NCBI GenBank assembly: GCA_045594865.1
Contig: JAZNZI010000133.1
Span: forward strand, 1 to 63,386
Reading direction: 5' to 3'
Origin: Eubacteriales bacterium
GTDB lineage: Bacteria > Bacillota > Clostridia > Oscillospirales > CAG-272
DNA length: 63,386 bases
The translations under genes were made by a program, and so were the position numbers. Below are positions 38,662 to 48,552 of the stretch, piece by piece. Position 1 is the stretch's first letter, and each line of letters starts with the position of its first letter. The notes below the pieces were generated by a model. The model did not search any database and was not told the origin of the DNA. It was given only the letters and a program-made list of their open reading frames with translations.

Positions 38662-41600
38662 ATGGCAAAGAGAACTGATATAAAGAGAATTATGATAATC
38701 GGCTCGGGACCTATCGTTATCGGTCAGGCAGCTGAATTTGACTACGCAGGCACACAGGCTTGTCTTGCGCTTAAGGAGGAGGGATACGAGGTCGTTCTCG
38801 TAAACTCAAACCCTGCTACCATTATGACCGATACCGCTATTGCGGACAAGGTGTATATGGAGCCTCTTACTCTTGAATATATTGCTAAAATTCTGAGATA
38901 CGAGCGTCCCGATGCTATTCTTCCGGGTATCGGCGGTCAGACAGGACTTAACCTTGCTATGCAGCTTGAGAAGAAGGGCATTCTTAAGGAGTGCCGCGTA
39001 GAGCTTCTCGGCACAAGCTCGGAGTCTATCGAGAGAGCAGAGGACAGAGAGCTGTTCAAGGAGCTTTGCCAGTCTATCGGCGAGCCCACAATCCCCTCCG
39101 AGATCACCTATAATCTTGAGGAGGCGAAGGCTGCTGCGGAAAGAATCGGCTACCCTGTAGTTCTTCGTCCCGCGTTTACCCTCGGCGGTACAGGTGGGGG
39201 CTTTGCCAACAACGAGGAGGAGCTTGTTGAGATTGGTATAAACGCGTTTAAGCTTTCTCCCGTGCATCAGGTTCTTATTGAGAAGAGCGTTAAGGGATAT
39301 AAGGAGATCGAGTTTGAGGTTATGCGCGACGGCAGCGACCACGCCATCACCATCTGCGGTATGGAGAACATCGACCCCGTTGGTGTTCACACAGGCGACT
39401 CTATCGTTGTTGCGCCCATTATGACACTCTCTGAAAAGGACACAAAAATGCTCAACGATTCGGCTATCAAGCTGATCAAGGAGCTTAAAATTGAGGGCGG
39501 ATGCAACGTTCAGTTTGCATTAAACCCCGAAACAAGCGAATATTATCTTATCGAGGTCAACCCCCGAGTTTCCAGATCCTCTGCTCTCGCATCCAAGGCA
39601 TCGGGTTATCCTATTGCCCGCGTGACCGCGAAGATCGCCGTTGGTATGACACTTGAGGAGATCAAGATTGCCAACACCAATGCGGCATTCGAGCCTCGCC
39701 TCGACTACGTTATCACCAAGCTTCCCAGATTCCCCTTCGATAAGTTCACCGCCGCGTCCAACACTCTTGGCACGCAGATGAAGGCGACGGGCGAGATTAT
39801 GGGCATCGGCTCTACCCTTGAGGAGAGTCTGCTTAAGGGAATTCGCTCGCTTGAAACGGGTGTATATCACCTCCACCATCAGAAGTTTGACTCTATGAAC
39901 GAGAGCGAGATCAAGGAATATATCACTCAGTTCAGAGATGACAATATCTTTGCTATTGCAGAGCTCTTCCGCCGCGGAGTCGGCGTTGATGAAATCCAAG
40001 AGATTACTAAGATCACCTCCTTCTTCCTTGAGAAGATCAAGAACATTGTCGATTATGAGGAGATCCTTAAGGAAAATCGTGATGCGCACACTCTTCGCGA
40101 GGCAAAGCAGATGGGCTTCTCCGACAGGTATATTGCGAAGCTCTGGGGCTGGACCGAAAAGCAGGTTATGGATTACCGCCGTCAGTGGAATGTGATTCCC
40201 GAATTCCGTATGGTTGACACCTGCCACACGAACGCCTATATTCCTTACTTCTACTCCTCTTACAGCGGAGAAAACACATCTATCCTTACCGATAAGAAAA
40301 AGATCGTCGTGCTTGGCGCAGGACCTATCCGTATCGGTCAGGGAGTAGAGTTTGACTACTCCACCGTTCACGCGGTTTCTACTATCAAGAAGTCGGGCTA
40401 CGAGGCTATTATAATCAACAATAATCCCGAGACCGTTTCTACAGATTATACCACGGCGGACAAGCTATACTTCGAGCCGCTGACCACCGAGGACGTTATG
40501 AATATTATCGAGTTTGAGAAGCCCGAGGGCGTTATTGCATCTCTCGGCGGACAGACGGCTATCAACCTTGCAGCACCTCTTGATGCTCTGGGAGTAAAGA
40601 TCATCGGTACGGACTGCGCCGCTATTGATAAGGCGGAGAACAGAGATGCCTTTGAAAAGCTTCTTAAGGAGCTTGGCATTCCTCAGCCTGAGGGAAGCGC
40701 GGTCACCAACATTGAGGATGGCGTAGCCACTGCCGCGAGAATCGGTTATCCTGTGCTTGTTCGTCCCTCCTTCGTTCTTGGCGGTCGCGCTATGCAGATC
40801 GTTGCAAATGAGGAGCAGCTTCGCCACTATCTTAAGACCGCCGTTGAGATCGACGAGGACAAGCCCGTTCTCGTTGACAAATACATCAGCGGCAAGGAGG
40901 TTGAGGTTGACGCTATCTGCGACGGTCGCAACGTGTTCGTTCCCGGTATTATGGAGCTTGTAGAGCGCACGGGTATCCACTCGGGTGACTCTATAAGCGT
41001 TTATCCCGCCTTCTCCATCTCGGATAAGGTTAAGGGAACTATTCTTCAGTATGCGAAGAAGCTTGGCCTTGGCATCGGCATAGTTGGTCTTTACAACATT
41101 CAGTTCATCGTTGACAGAAATGACGAGGTATATATTATTGAGGTTAACCCCCGTTCCTCAAGAACCGTTCCCTTCCTCTCGAAGGCAACCGGCTACAGCC
41201 TTGCTGATATTGCTACCGAGTGTATTCTCGGTAAGACCTTAAAGGAGCAGGGAATCTTCGACCTTTATCCCGAAGAGAAGAAGAGATGGTACGTTAAGGT
41301 ACCCGTGTTCTCCTTCAACAAGCTTCGCGGTCTTGACGCATACCTCTCTCCTGAGATGAAGTCAACGGGTGAGGCTATCGGCTACGACGATAAGTATTAC
41401 CGCGCTCTTTATAAGGCACTGCAGGCGTCCGGTATGCATCTTCAGAATTACGGCACCGTTCTTGCCACTATCGCCGATTGCGATAAGAATGAGGCACTTC
41501 CTCTTATCCGCCGCTTCTACAATCTTGGATTTAACATCGAGGCTACGAAGGGAACTGCAATATTCCTTAAGGAAAACGGTATCCGCACCCATGTGCTGAA

Positions 41601-41832
41601 GAAGCTGTCCGATGGCTCGGAGGAAATTGCGGACTCTATCCGTCAGGGACATATCGCCTACGTTATTAACACCTCCGACTCCTCCTCGTCCGGTGTCACT
41701 CGCGATGGCTTTGAGATCAGAAAGTACGCGACCGAGAACAATGTGACTGTGTTCACCTCTCTCGATACCGTTCGCGTGCTGCTTGACGTCCTTGAGGAGA
41801 CCACGCTCACTATCTCAACGATTGACGCTTGA
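38662..41832 (+). CDS. carB: Carbamoyl-phosphate synthase large subunit
   Basis: 1056 aa with two ATP-grasp halves and a C-terminal MGS-like allosteric domain. N-terminus KRIMIIGSGPIVIGQAAEFDYAGTQA. Confidence 0.95.
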   Translation: MAKRTDIKRIMIIGSGPIVIGQAAEFDYAGTQACLALKEEGYEVVLVNSNPATIMTDTAIADKVYMEPLTLEYIAKILRYERPDAILPGIGGQTGLNLAMQLEKKGILKECRVELLGTSSESIERAEDRELFKELCQSIGEPTIPSEITYNLEEAKAAAERIGYPVVLRPAFTLGGTGGGFANNEEELVEIGINAFKLSPVHQVLIEKSVKGYKEIEFEVMRDGSDHAITICGMENIDPVGVHTGDSIVVAPIMTLSEKDTKMLNDSAIKLIKELKIEGGCNVQFALNPETSEYYLIEVNPRVSRSSALASKASGYPIARVTAKIAVGMTLEEIKIANTNAAFEPRLDYVITKLPRFPFDKFTAASNTLGTQMKATGEIMGIGSTLEESLLKGIRSLETGVYHLHHQKFDSMNESEIKEYITQFRDDNIFAIAELFRRGVGVDEIQEITKITSFFLEKIKNIVDYEEILKENRDAHTLREAKQMGFSDRYIAKLWGWTEKQVMDYRRQWNVIPEFRMVDTCHTNAYIPYFYSSYSGENTSILTDKKKIVVLGAGPIRIGQGVEFDYSTVHAVSTIKKSGYEAIIINNNPETVSTDYTTADKLYFEPLTTEDVMNIIEFEKPEGVIASLGGQTAINLAAPLDALGVKIIGTDCAAIDKAENRDAFEKLLKELGIPQPEGSAVTNIEDGVATAARIGYPVLVRPSFVLGGRAMQIVANEEQLRHYLKTAVEIDEDKPVLVDKYISGKEVEVDAICDGRNVFVPGIMELVERTGIHSGDSISVYPAFSISDKVKGTILQYAKKLGLGIGIVGLYNIQFIVDRNDEVYIIEVNPRSSRTVPFLSKATGYSLADIATECILGKTLKEQGIFDLYPEEKKRWYVKVPVFSFNKLRGLDAYLSPEMKSTGEAIGYDDKYYRALYKALQASGMHLQNYGTVLATIADCDKNEALPLIRRFYNLGFNIEATKGTAIFLKENGIRTHVLKKLSDGSEEIADSIRQGHIAYVINTSDSSSSGVTRDGFEIRKYATENNVTVFTSLDTVRVLLDVLEETTLTISTIDA

Positions 41833-41854
41833 TAAATGCATAACGCAGAATTGA

Positions 41855-42595
41855 ATGGATGGTAAAATGAAAAATTCTGTTTTTACAATAACAAAAAACG
41901 ATAAATTGACAAGTAATGTTTACATTATGACCTTGAAAGGCGATACAGAAGGTATCAGATGCGGTCAATTTGTAAATATAAGGCTTGACGGACTATACCT
42001 GCGCAGACCTATTTCCGTCTGCGACTGTGAGGGTGACTTGCTGACTCTTATTTATAAGGTGGTTGGTAAGGGCACCGAGCAGATGAGCGAAATGGCGGCA
42101 GGAGAAAGCCTTGACCTGCTTACAGGTCTTGGCAACGGCTATGACCTTACAAAATCGGGTGATGCGCCTCTGCTTATCGGCGGCGGCGTTGGCGTCCCCC
42201 CTATGTATATGCTCTGCCGAGAGCTTATTCGCGAGGGCAAAAAGCCTACCGTTATCCTCGGCTTCAACAAGGCGGACGAGGTGTTCTATAAGAATGAGTT
42301 TGAGGCGCTTGGCGCGAGGGTTCTCGTTGCTACTGCCGACGGCTCTATGGGTATAAAGGGCTTTGTCACCAACGCTATGGATGGTCTTGATTACAGCTAC
42401 TTCTATACCTGCGGTCCCGAGCCTATGCTGAGGGCGGTTTATAAAGCATCTGCAACAAGCGGTCAGTTCTCCTTTGAGGAGAGAATGGGATGCGGCTTCG
42501 GCGCCTGTATGGGTTGCTCGTGTAAAACCATTACGGGATATAAGAGAATTTGCAAGGAAGGTCCCGTGTTGGAAAAGGAGGAGATACTGTTTTGA
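41855..42595 (+). CDS. pyrK: Dihydroorotate dehydrogenase B electron-transfer subunit
   Basis: FAD/NAD-binding fold with the C-terminal 2Fe-2S motif CGFGACMGCSC. The start could alternatively be ATG 41867. Confidence 0.88.
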   Translation: MDGKMKNSVFTITKNDKLTSNVYIMTLKGDTEGIRCGQFVNIRLDGLYLRRPISVCDCEGDLLTLIYKVVGKGTEQMSEMAAGESLDLLTGLGNGYDLTKSGDAPLLIGGGVGVPPMYMLCRELIREGKKPTVILGFNKADEVFYKNEFEALGARVLVATADGSMGIKGFVTNAMDGLDYSYFYTCGPEPMLRAVYKASATSGQFSFEERMGCGFGACMGCSCKTITGYKRICKEGPVLEKEEILF

Positions 42596-43512
42596 GTTCA
42601 GAGTTTAATACCAAGGTAGATCTTCTAGGTATCGAGCTTGATAATCCTATAATTCCCGCGTCGGGCACCTTCGGCTTCGGATATGAGTTTGCGGAGATAT
42701 ATGATATAAATATTCTCGGTACATTCTCCTTTAAGGGTACGACAAGAGAGGCGAGATTTGGCAACCCCACCCCCAGAATTGCAGAATGCTCCGTAGGTAT
42801 GATCAATGCTGTCGGACTTCAGAATCCAGGCGTTGACAAGGTTATCTCAGAGGAGCTTCCCAAGCTGAAAAAATGCTTTAGTAAGCCTGTTATGGCAAAC
42901 GTTTCGGGCTTCTCTATCGAGGAATACGTACACACCTGCGCGCTTATTGATAAAGAGGAGCAGGTGGGCTGGATCGAGGTAAACATCTCCTGCCCCAACG
43001 TTCACGGCGGAGGTATGGCGTTTGGCACAAGCCCCGAAGGCGCAGCCGAGGTCGTTCGCTCGGTAAAGGCGGTCACCACAAAGCCGATTATCGTTAAGCT
43101 CTCGCCCAACGTCACCGACATCGTGGCTATTGCAAAGGCTTGCGAGGCGGCGGGCGCTGACGGCATTAGTCTTATCAATACTATGCTCGGTATGAGAATT
43201 GACCTTCGCACCAGAAAGCCTGTAATCGCTAACAAGATGGGCGGCTTCTCGGGACCCGCAATCTTCCCCGTGGCAGTCAGAATGGTATATCAGGTTGCCC
43301 ACGCGGTGAATATTCCCGTAATCGGTATGGGCGGTGTTTCCTCTGCCGAGGACGTTATAGAAATGATGCTTGCGGGAGCTACTGCGGTTGAGGTCGGCGC
43401 GGCAAACCTTGTCGATCCTCTTGCCTGCAAGAAGATTATTGAGGATCTTCCTCGGGTAATGAAAAAATACGGAATTAATAATTTAAAAGATATAATAGGA
43501 GGAGTACAGTAA
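42592..43512 (+). CDS. pyrD: Dihydroorotate dehydrogenase B catalytic subunit
   Basis: TTG start at 42592 after the AAGGAGGAG RBS, overlapping the pyrK stop. [18 protein letters not shown] and the catalytic-Cys loop NISCPN. Confidence 0.9.
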   Translation: MSSEFNTKVDLLGIELDNPIIPASGTFGFGYEFAEIYDINILGTFSFKGTTREARFGNPTPRIAECSVGMINAVGLQNPGVDKVISEELPKLKKCFSKPVMANVSGFSIEEYVHTCALIDKEEQVGWIEVNISCPNVHGGGMAFGTSPEGAAEVVRSVKAVTTKPIIVKLSPNVTDIVAIAKACEAAGADGISLINTMLGMRIDLRTRKPVIANKMGGFSGPAIFPVAVRMVYQVAHAVNIPVIGMGGVSSAEDVIEMMLAGATAVEVGAANLVDPLACKKIIEDLPRVMKKYGINNLKDIIGGVQ

Positions 43513-44210
43513 TGGGAAAGGACGTAATTATTGCCTGCGATTTTGACAGTGCAGAGAAGACCTTTGCTTTTCTTGATAAATTCACCGACACAAAGCCCTT
43601 CGTGAAAATCGGCATGGAGCTTTACTATGCAGAGGGACCCTCTATCGTAAGAGAGATTAAGAGAAGAGGACATAAGATCTTCCTCGATCTCAAGCTTCAC
43701 GATATCCCCAACACAGTTAAAAAGGGTATGGCTGTTCTGTCAAGACTTGACGTGGATATGACAAATCTCCACGCGGCAGGAACCAAGAGAATGATGCAGG
43801 CGGCTATCGAGGGACTTACCCGTCCCGACGGCACAAGACCTATACTTATCGCGGTCACCCAGCTGACCTCCACCGATCAGGAATCTATGGAAAACGATCT
43901 TCTTATCAAGGAGCCTATCGACAAGGTAGTTATGCACTATGCCTCCTGCGCTAAGGAAGCGGGACTTGACGGCGTAGTTTGCTCTCCCCTCGAGGCGGGT
44001 AAGGTACACGACACCTGTGGCAAGGATTTCGTCACCGTCACCCCCGGCGTGCGCTTCGCTGACGGCGATATTGGCGACCAGAAGAGAGTTATGACTCCCG
44101 CCGAGGCAAACAGAATCGGCTCTGATTATATTGTTGTAGGTAGACCCATCACAGCGGCAGAGGATCCCGTTGCGGCATACGAGAGATGCGTTAGAGAATT
44201 TTGCGACTGA
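43512..44210 (+). CDS. pyrF: Orotidine 5'-phosphate decarboxylase
   Basis: 232 aa with the [13 protein letters not shown] motif. The ATG overlaps the pyrD stop. Confidence 0.93.
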   Translation: MGKDVIIACDFDSAEKTFAFLDKFTDTKPFVKIGMELYYAEGPSIVREIKRRGHKIFLDLKLHDIPNTVKKGMAVLSRLDVDMTNLHAAGTKRMMQAAIEGLTRPDGTRPILIAVTQLTSTDQESMENDLLIKEPIDKVVMHYASCAKEAGLDGVVCSPLEAGKVHDTCGKDFVTVTPGVRFADGDIGDQKRVMTPAEANRIGSDYIVVGRPITAAEDPVAAYERCVREFCD

Positions 44211-44350
44211 TTTTTCCGTATACGGTGTTGCTCCTCGAAAGCGGCTTGACGTAGGATAACTACGCCTGCACCTTGCTTTCTGCGGTGCGCCTTGTCTACA
44301 AAAAAATCACTACGCAAAAAGCGTTTTGCTTAAATCAAAGGAGAAAATAA

Positions 44351-45001
44351 ATGGAAAGCTATAAGAGAGAATTTATACAGTTTTTAGAGGGAGCAGGCGT
44401 GCTCAAGTTCGGTGATTTCACCGCAAAGAGTGGCAGAAAGATCCCCTATTTCATCAACGCGGGCGAGATCAAGACAGGCGACCAGATCGCAAAGCTTGGC
44501 GAGTTCTATGCAAAGGCTTATCTTGAGAAGGTTGGTAACAAGAAGTCGGTGCTTTACGGTCCCGCATACAAGGGTATTTCCATAGCCGTTTCCGCGGCTG
44601 TCGGTCTTTCCAAGCAGGGACTTGACCTCCCCTTCTTCTTCAACCGTAAGGAAGCCAAGGATCACGGCGAGGGCGGCGTTTTCGTAGGCTACAAACCTCA
44701 GGCAGGTGAAGAGATCGTTATTGTTGAGGACGTTATCACCGCGGGCACTGCAATCCGCGAGTCTATGGAGATCCTTTCCTCCCTTGATGCAAAGGTAATC
44801 GCTACCTTCGTTATGGTTGACCGTAAGGAAAAGGGCAAAGGCGAGAAGTCTGCTATGGCAGAGGTCGGTGAGGAGTTCGGCTTCCCTGTATACTCGGTAG
44901 TTGACGTATACGATATTATCGAGTATCTCTCGGAGGACGAGAAGAACGTTGAGAACGTTGAGCGTATTAAAAATTACTTATTAACTTGGGGCGCAAAATA
45001 A
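44351..45001 (+). CDS. pyrE: Orotate phosphoribosyltransferase
   Basis: 216 aa with the PRPP-binding loop IVIVEDVITAGT. Confidence 0.93.
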   Translation: MESYKREFIQFLEGAGVLKFGDFTAKSGRKIPYFINAGEIKTGDQIAKLGEFYAKAYLEKVGNKKSVLYGPAYKGISIAVSAAVGLSKQGLDLPFFFNRKEAKDHGEGGVFVGYKPQAGEEIVIVEDVITAGTAIRESMEILSSLDAKVIATFVMVDRKEKGKGEKSAMAEVGEEFGFPVYSVVDVYDIIEYLSEDEKNVENVERIKNYLLTWGAK

Positions 45002-45134
45002 CGGTGCCTTTTGGCTATAATCGCCGTTTTCCGACAAGCTCGCAATAGCTTTCTATTGCTTCGGTCGCAAGAACGACACTTCTATCTCAAAATCCCCTCG
45101 TTATTATCTATTATGGGAAATCAGGAGTATCATA

Positions 45135-46193
45135 ATGAGAAACCTTGTAAACATACTTGATCTTTCGGTAGAGGAGATCGACGGACTTGTCCGTCTTGCC
45201 TCGGATATAATGAAAAATCCCCATGTCTATGCCGATAGCTGTAAGGGAAAGATACTTGGTGCGCTATTTTTTGAGCCGTCTACGAGAACCCGCCTATCCT
45301 TTACCTCGGCTATGATGAGCCTTGGCGGTCAGGTGCTTGGCTTTGACCAGGCGGCATCCTCTTCGGTTGCAAAGGGAGAAACTGTGGCTGACACTATCAG
45401 AATGGTAAGCGCATATTCGGATATTATCGCTATGCGTCATCCTAAGGAGGGCGCGCCTATCGTGGCGTCAAGAGTTGCTACCGTTCCCATTATCAACGCG
45501 GGCGACGGCGGTCACTTCCACCCCACCCAGACGCTGACCGACCTGCTTACCATATATAAGAAAAAGGGCCGCTTTGACAACCTTGTTATCGGTGTCTGTG
45601 GCGACCTGAAGTATGGCAGAACGGTACATTCGCTTATCGCGGCTATGTCGAGATATGATAACGTGCGATTTGTGCTTATCTCTCCCGAGGAGCTTGCGCT
45701 GCCCGATTACGTTAAGGACGATCACCTCTTTACAGGCGGCTGTGAGTATGTGGAGACCGAGAATCTTGAGAGCGCAATTCCTTCCCTTGATATTCTCTAT
45801 ATGACGAGAATTCAGGCAGAGCGCTTTGAAAACCGCGAGGATTACGAGCGCCTGAAGGATGCCTACGAGCTTACCGCTGATAAGCTCATAATGGCAAAGG
45901 AGGATCTGTCTATTATGCATCCCCTCCCCCGTGTCACCGAGATAAACGTAAACGTGGACGACGATCCGAGAGCTCACTACTTTGATCAGGCGATGTACGG
46001 CAGATACATAAGAATGGCGCTTATCCTTATGCTCCTGGGTACCAAGGGTATTGACGATCGCCGACTTGAGGGCAAACCCCGCCGCGGTGCAGTATGCCAG
46101 AATCCCCATTGCATCACCCGCACCGAGCGCGGCATCAAAAAGCTCTTTGATGAGTACGGCAAGTGCGTATATTGTGATCAATACATCAATTAA
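45135..46193 (+). CDS. pyrB: Aspartate carbamoyltransferase catalytic chain with a C-terminal PyrI-type zinc-domain extension
   Basis: STRTR, HPTQ and HPLPR motifs. An extra ~45 aa follows, [28 protein letters not shown], which matches the PyrI zinc-domain pattern CxNxxCI...CxYCE. Confidence 0.88.
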   Translation: MRNLVNILDLSVEEIDGLVRLASDIMKNPHVYADSCKGKILGALFFEPSTRTRLSFTSAMMSLGGQVLGFDQAASSSVAKGETVADTIRMVSAYSDIIAMRHPKEGAPIVASRVATVPIINAGDGGHFHPTQTLTDLLTIYKKKGRFDNLVIGVCGDLKYGRTVHSLIAAMSRYDNVRFVLISPEELALPDYVKDDHLFTGGCEYVETENLESAIPSLDILYMTRIQAERFENREDYERLKDAYELTADKLIMAKEDLSIMHPLPRVTEINVNVDDDPRAHYFDQAMYGRYIRMALILMLLGTKGIDDRRLEGKPRRGAVCQNPHCITRTERGIKKLFDEYGKCVYCDQYIN

Positions 46194-46232
46194 ATTCAGA
46201 AATTCTACAGAAAACCAAAAGGAGATAATAAA

Positions 46233-46457
46233 ATGGCAACTATTAGATGTGATGAATGCGGTAGACAGGTTTCGGATATGGCAATGAATTGTCCGCAGTG
46301 CGGAAGAAGCATAGAAGCTCTCAAGCTTAGCGGATGTTCTTGCTCTAATTGTAGTAGAAACCATAGACTTGATCCTGAAGATGGAGATTGTTACTGTGAG
46401 TATGGTCCTAACGGCTATCCTTGTTTAAGCTATAGCCGATACACTTACGGCGATTAA
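46233..46457 (+). CDS. Small Cys-rich zinc-ribbon protein
   Basis: 74 aa with an AAAGGAG RBS. CDECGRQ...CPQCG ribbon plus six further Cys residues. A terminator follows. Confidence 0.55.
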   Translation: MATIRCDECGRQVSDMAMNCPQCGRSIEALKLSGCSCSNCSRNHRLDPEDGDCYCEYGPNGYPCLSYSRYTYGD

Positions 46458-46490
46458 GTAAATACATAATAATTAACCAATATTTACGCT

Positions 46491-46530
46491 AAAAAAGCTA
46501 TCTCAAATCACTACTGAGATAGCTTTTTAT
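46491..46530. terminator. Bidirectional terminator (end of pyr operon / uxu operon)
   Basis: aaaaaagctatctca-aatcactac-tgagatagcttttt, a perfect 10-bp stem. Confidence 0.8.
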
Positions 46531-46584
46531 TATGTAAAAGGAACTGACGATCCGTTCCTTTTCTACATTTTAATATATTAAATA

Positions 46585-47430
46585 TTAAACTCCCGAATAT
46601 GCAGCGAAGCCGCAGTCGATAGGAAGCACAACGCCTGTGATAGCGGATGCAGCCTTATCGTCGGTGAGGAAGAAGAGACCGCCGAGAAGCTCCTCGGAGT
46701 CTACGAAGCGTCCCATAGGAGTTCCGTTAAGGATCTTTGCGCTACGGGCTGTGGGAGTGCCGTCCTCGTTGAAGAGAAGGGCGCGGTTCTGGTTGGAAAC
46801 AAGGAAGCCGGGAGCAATTGCGTTGCAGCGGATGCCTGTTCCAGCAAAGTGGGTTGCAAGCCACTGGGTAAAGTTGGAGATACCTGCCTTTGCAGCAGAG
46901 TATGCGGGGATCTTGGTGAGAGGAATGTAAGCGTTCATAGAGGAAATGTTAAGAATATTTCCGCACTTTCTCTCTACCATATCCTTTGCAAAGGTCTGGG
47001 TGGGAAGAAGAGTACCCTGGAAGTTGAGCTTGAATACGAAGTCAACACCGTTGGGATCGAGATCGAAGAAGGACTTGCCGCCCTCCTTAGCCTCGTGCTG
47101 ATACTCGTTATCGGTGGTTGCTCTGGGGTTGTTGCCGCCTGCGCCGTTTACGAGAATGTCGCAAGGACCGAGATCCTTGAGCACTGCCTGATGTACCTCT
47201 TCAAGAACTACGGGGTCAAGTACGTTTGCCTTGTAGCCAACGCAGGTAAAGCCTTCAGCGGTAAGCTCCTCAGCAAGCTTCTTTACAGCATCCTCGTTAA
47301 GGTCGAGAGCAGCCACCTTTGCGCCAGCCTGAGCGTAAGCGCGAGCCATATCGCCGCAGAGAACGCCGCCTGCACCGGTGACAACTACTACCTTACCGGA
47401 AAAATCTACATTAAGGGGAAGATTGATCAT
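46585..47430 (-). CDS. uxuB: SDR-family oxidoreductase, D-mannonate oxidoreductase-like
   Basis: 281 aa with the Rossmann motif VVVVTGAGGVLCGDMA. Immediately downstream of uxuA in the same operon. Confidence 0.72.
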   Translation of the reverse strand: MINLPLNVDFSGKVVVVTGAGGVLCGDMARAYAQAGAKVAALDLNEDAVKKLAEELTAEGFTCVGYKANVLDPVVLEEVHQAVLKDLGPCDILVNGAGGNNPRATTDNEYQHEAKEGGKSFFDLDPNGVDFVFKLNFQGTLLPTQTFAKDMVERKCGNILNISSMNAYIPLTKIPAYSAAKAGISNFTQWLATHFAGTGIRCNAIAPGFLVSNQNRALLFNEDGTPTARSAKILNGTPMGRFVDSEELLGGLFFLTDDKAASAITGVVLPIDCGFAAYSGV

Positions 47431-47448
47431 TTTTATATGCCTCCAAAA

Positions 47449-48531
47449 TTATTTTTCATCAAGCTTTTCAAGCATATCCCATACACCGAGCATATACATA
47501 ATGCCGAGCGCGCGGTCGTACAGACCGTAGCCGGGACGCACGTTTCCGGGCTTCTCATCCCAGAGGTGTCTGCCGTGGTCGGGGCGAATGTAGCCCTTGT
47601 ATCCGCAGTCGTGGTAAGCCTTGAGGATCTCAAGAATACCTGTGTCACCGTCGCAATCTCTGTGGCTCGCCTCGGAGAAGTCACCGTTGGGGAAGTGCTT
47701 TACGTTTCTGATGTGAGCGAATGCGATTCTGTCGCAGTGCTTTCTTACGATCTCCGCAACGTTGTTCTCGGGGTTAGCATTAAGGCTACCCGAGCAGAGA
47801 GTCAAACAGTTGTAGGGATCGTCAACCATAGAGAGGAAACGGTCGATGCTGGGGCCGTCAACAAGAAGACGGGGCAGACCGAAGATATCCCATGGCGGAT
47901 CGTCCATATGAATAGCCATCTTGATGTCGCACTCGTGACAGGTGGGCATAATTGCCTCGAGGAAGTACTTAAGGTTAGCCCAAAGCTTCTCGTGGTCAAC
48001 GTCTGCATAATCCTTGAATAGCTGGTCAAGCTTTGCCATTCTCTCGGGCTCCCAGCCGGGGAAGGACATATTGTACTTCTCGGTGAAGTCAAGAATGTAC
48101 TGAGCCATTGCGTTGTAGTCGTCCTGGATCATACCCTTCTCGTAGAAGAGAGCGGTAGAGCCGTCGCCAACCTCGTGGAAGAGATCGGATCTCGTCCAGT
48201 CAAAGATAGGCATAAAGTTGTAGCAGATTACCTTTACGCCGAACTTGGAAAGGTTGCGGATACACTGCTTGTAGTTTTCAATATACTTGTCTCTGGTGGG
48301 CAGACCGATCTTGATGTCGTCGTGAACGTTTACCGACTCAACAACGTCACCGTTAAAGCCGTGCGCGTGGAGTTGATCCATTACGGCTGCGATCTCATCC
48401 TCGGTCCAGATCTCGCCGGGCATCTTGCCATGAAGCGCCCAAACGATACCCTCAACACCGGGGATCTGCTTGATGTCAGACAGCTTGATACGGTCATTTC
48501 CCTCGCCGTACCAACGGAAAGTCATTTGCAT
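47449..48531 (-). CDS. uxuA: Mannonate dehydratase
   Basis: 360 aa. The N-terminus MQMTFRWYGEGND and length are typical of UxuA. Confidence 0.92.
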   Translation of the reverse strand: MQMTFRWYGEGNDRIKLSDIKQIPGVEGIVWALHGKMPGEIWTEDEIAAVMDQLHAHGFNGDVVESVNVHDDIKIGLPTRDKYIENYKQCIRNLSKFGVKVICYNFMPIFDWTRSDLFHEVGDGSTALFYEKGMIQDDYNAMAQYILDFTEKYNMSFPGWEPERMAKLDQLFKDYADVDHEKLWANLKYFLEAIMPTCHECDIKMAIHMDDPPWDIFGLPRLLVDGPSIDRFLSMVDDPYNCLTLCSGSLNANPENNVAEIVRKHCDRIAFAHIRNVKHFPNGDFSEASHRDCDGDTGILEILKAYHDCGYKGYIRPDHGRHLWDEKPGNVRPGYGLYDRALGIMYMLGVWDMLEKLDEK

Positions 48532-48552
48532 AATATTTTCTCCTTTTCGGAA

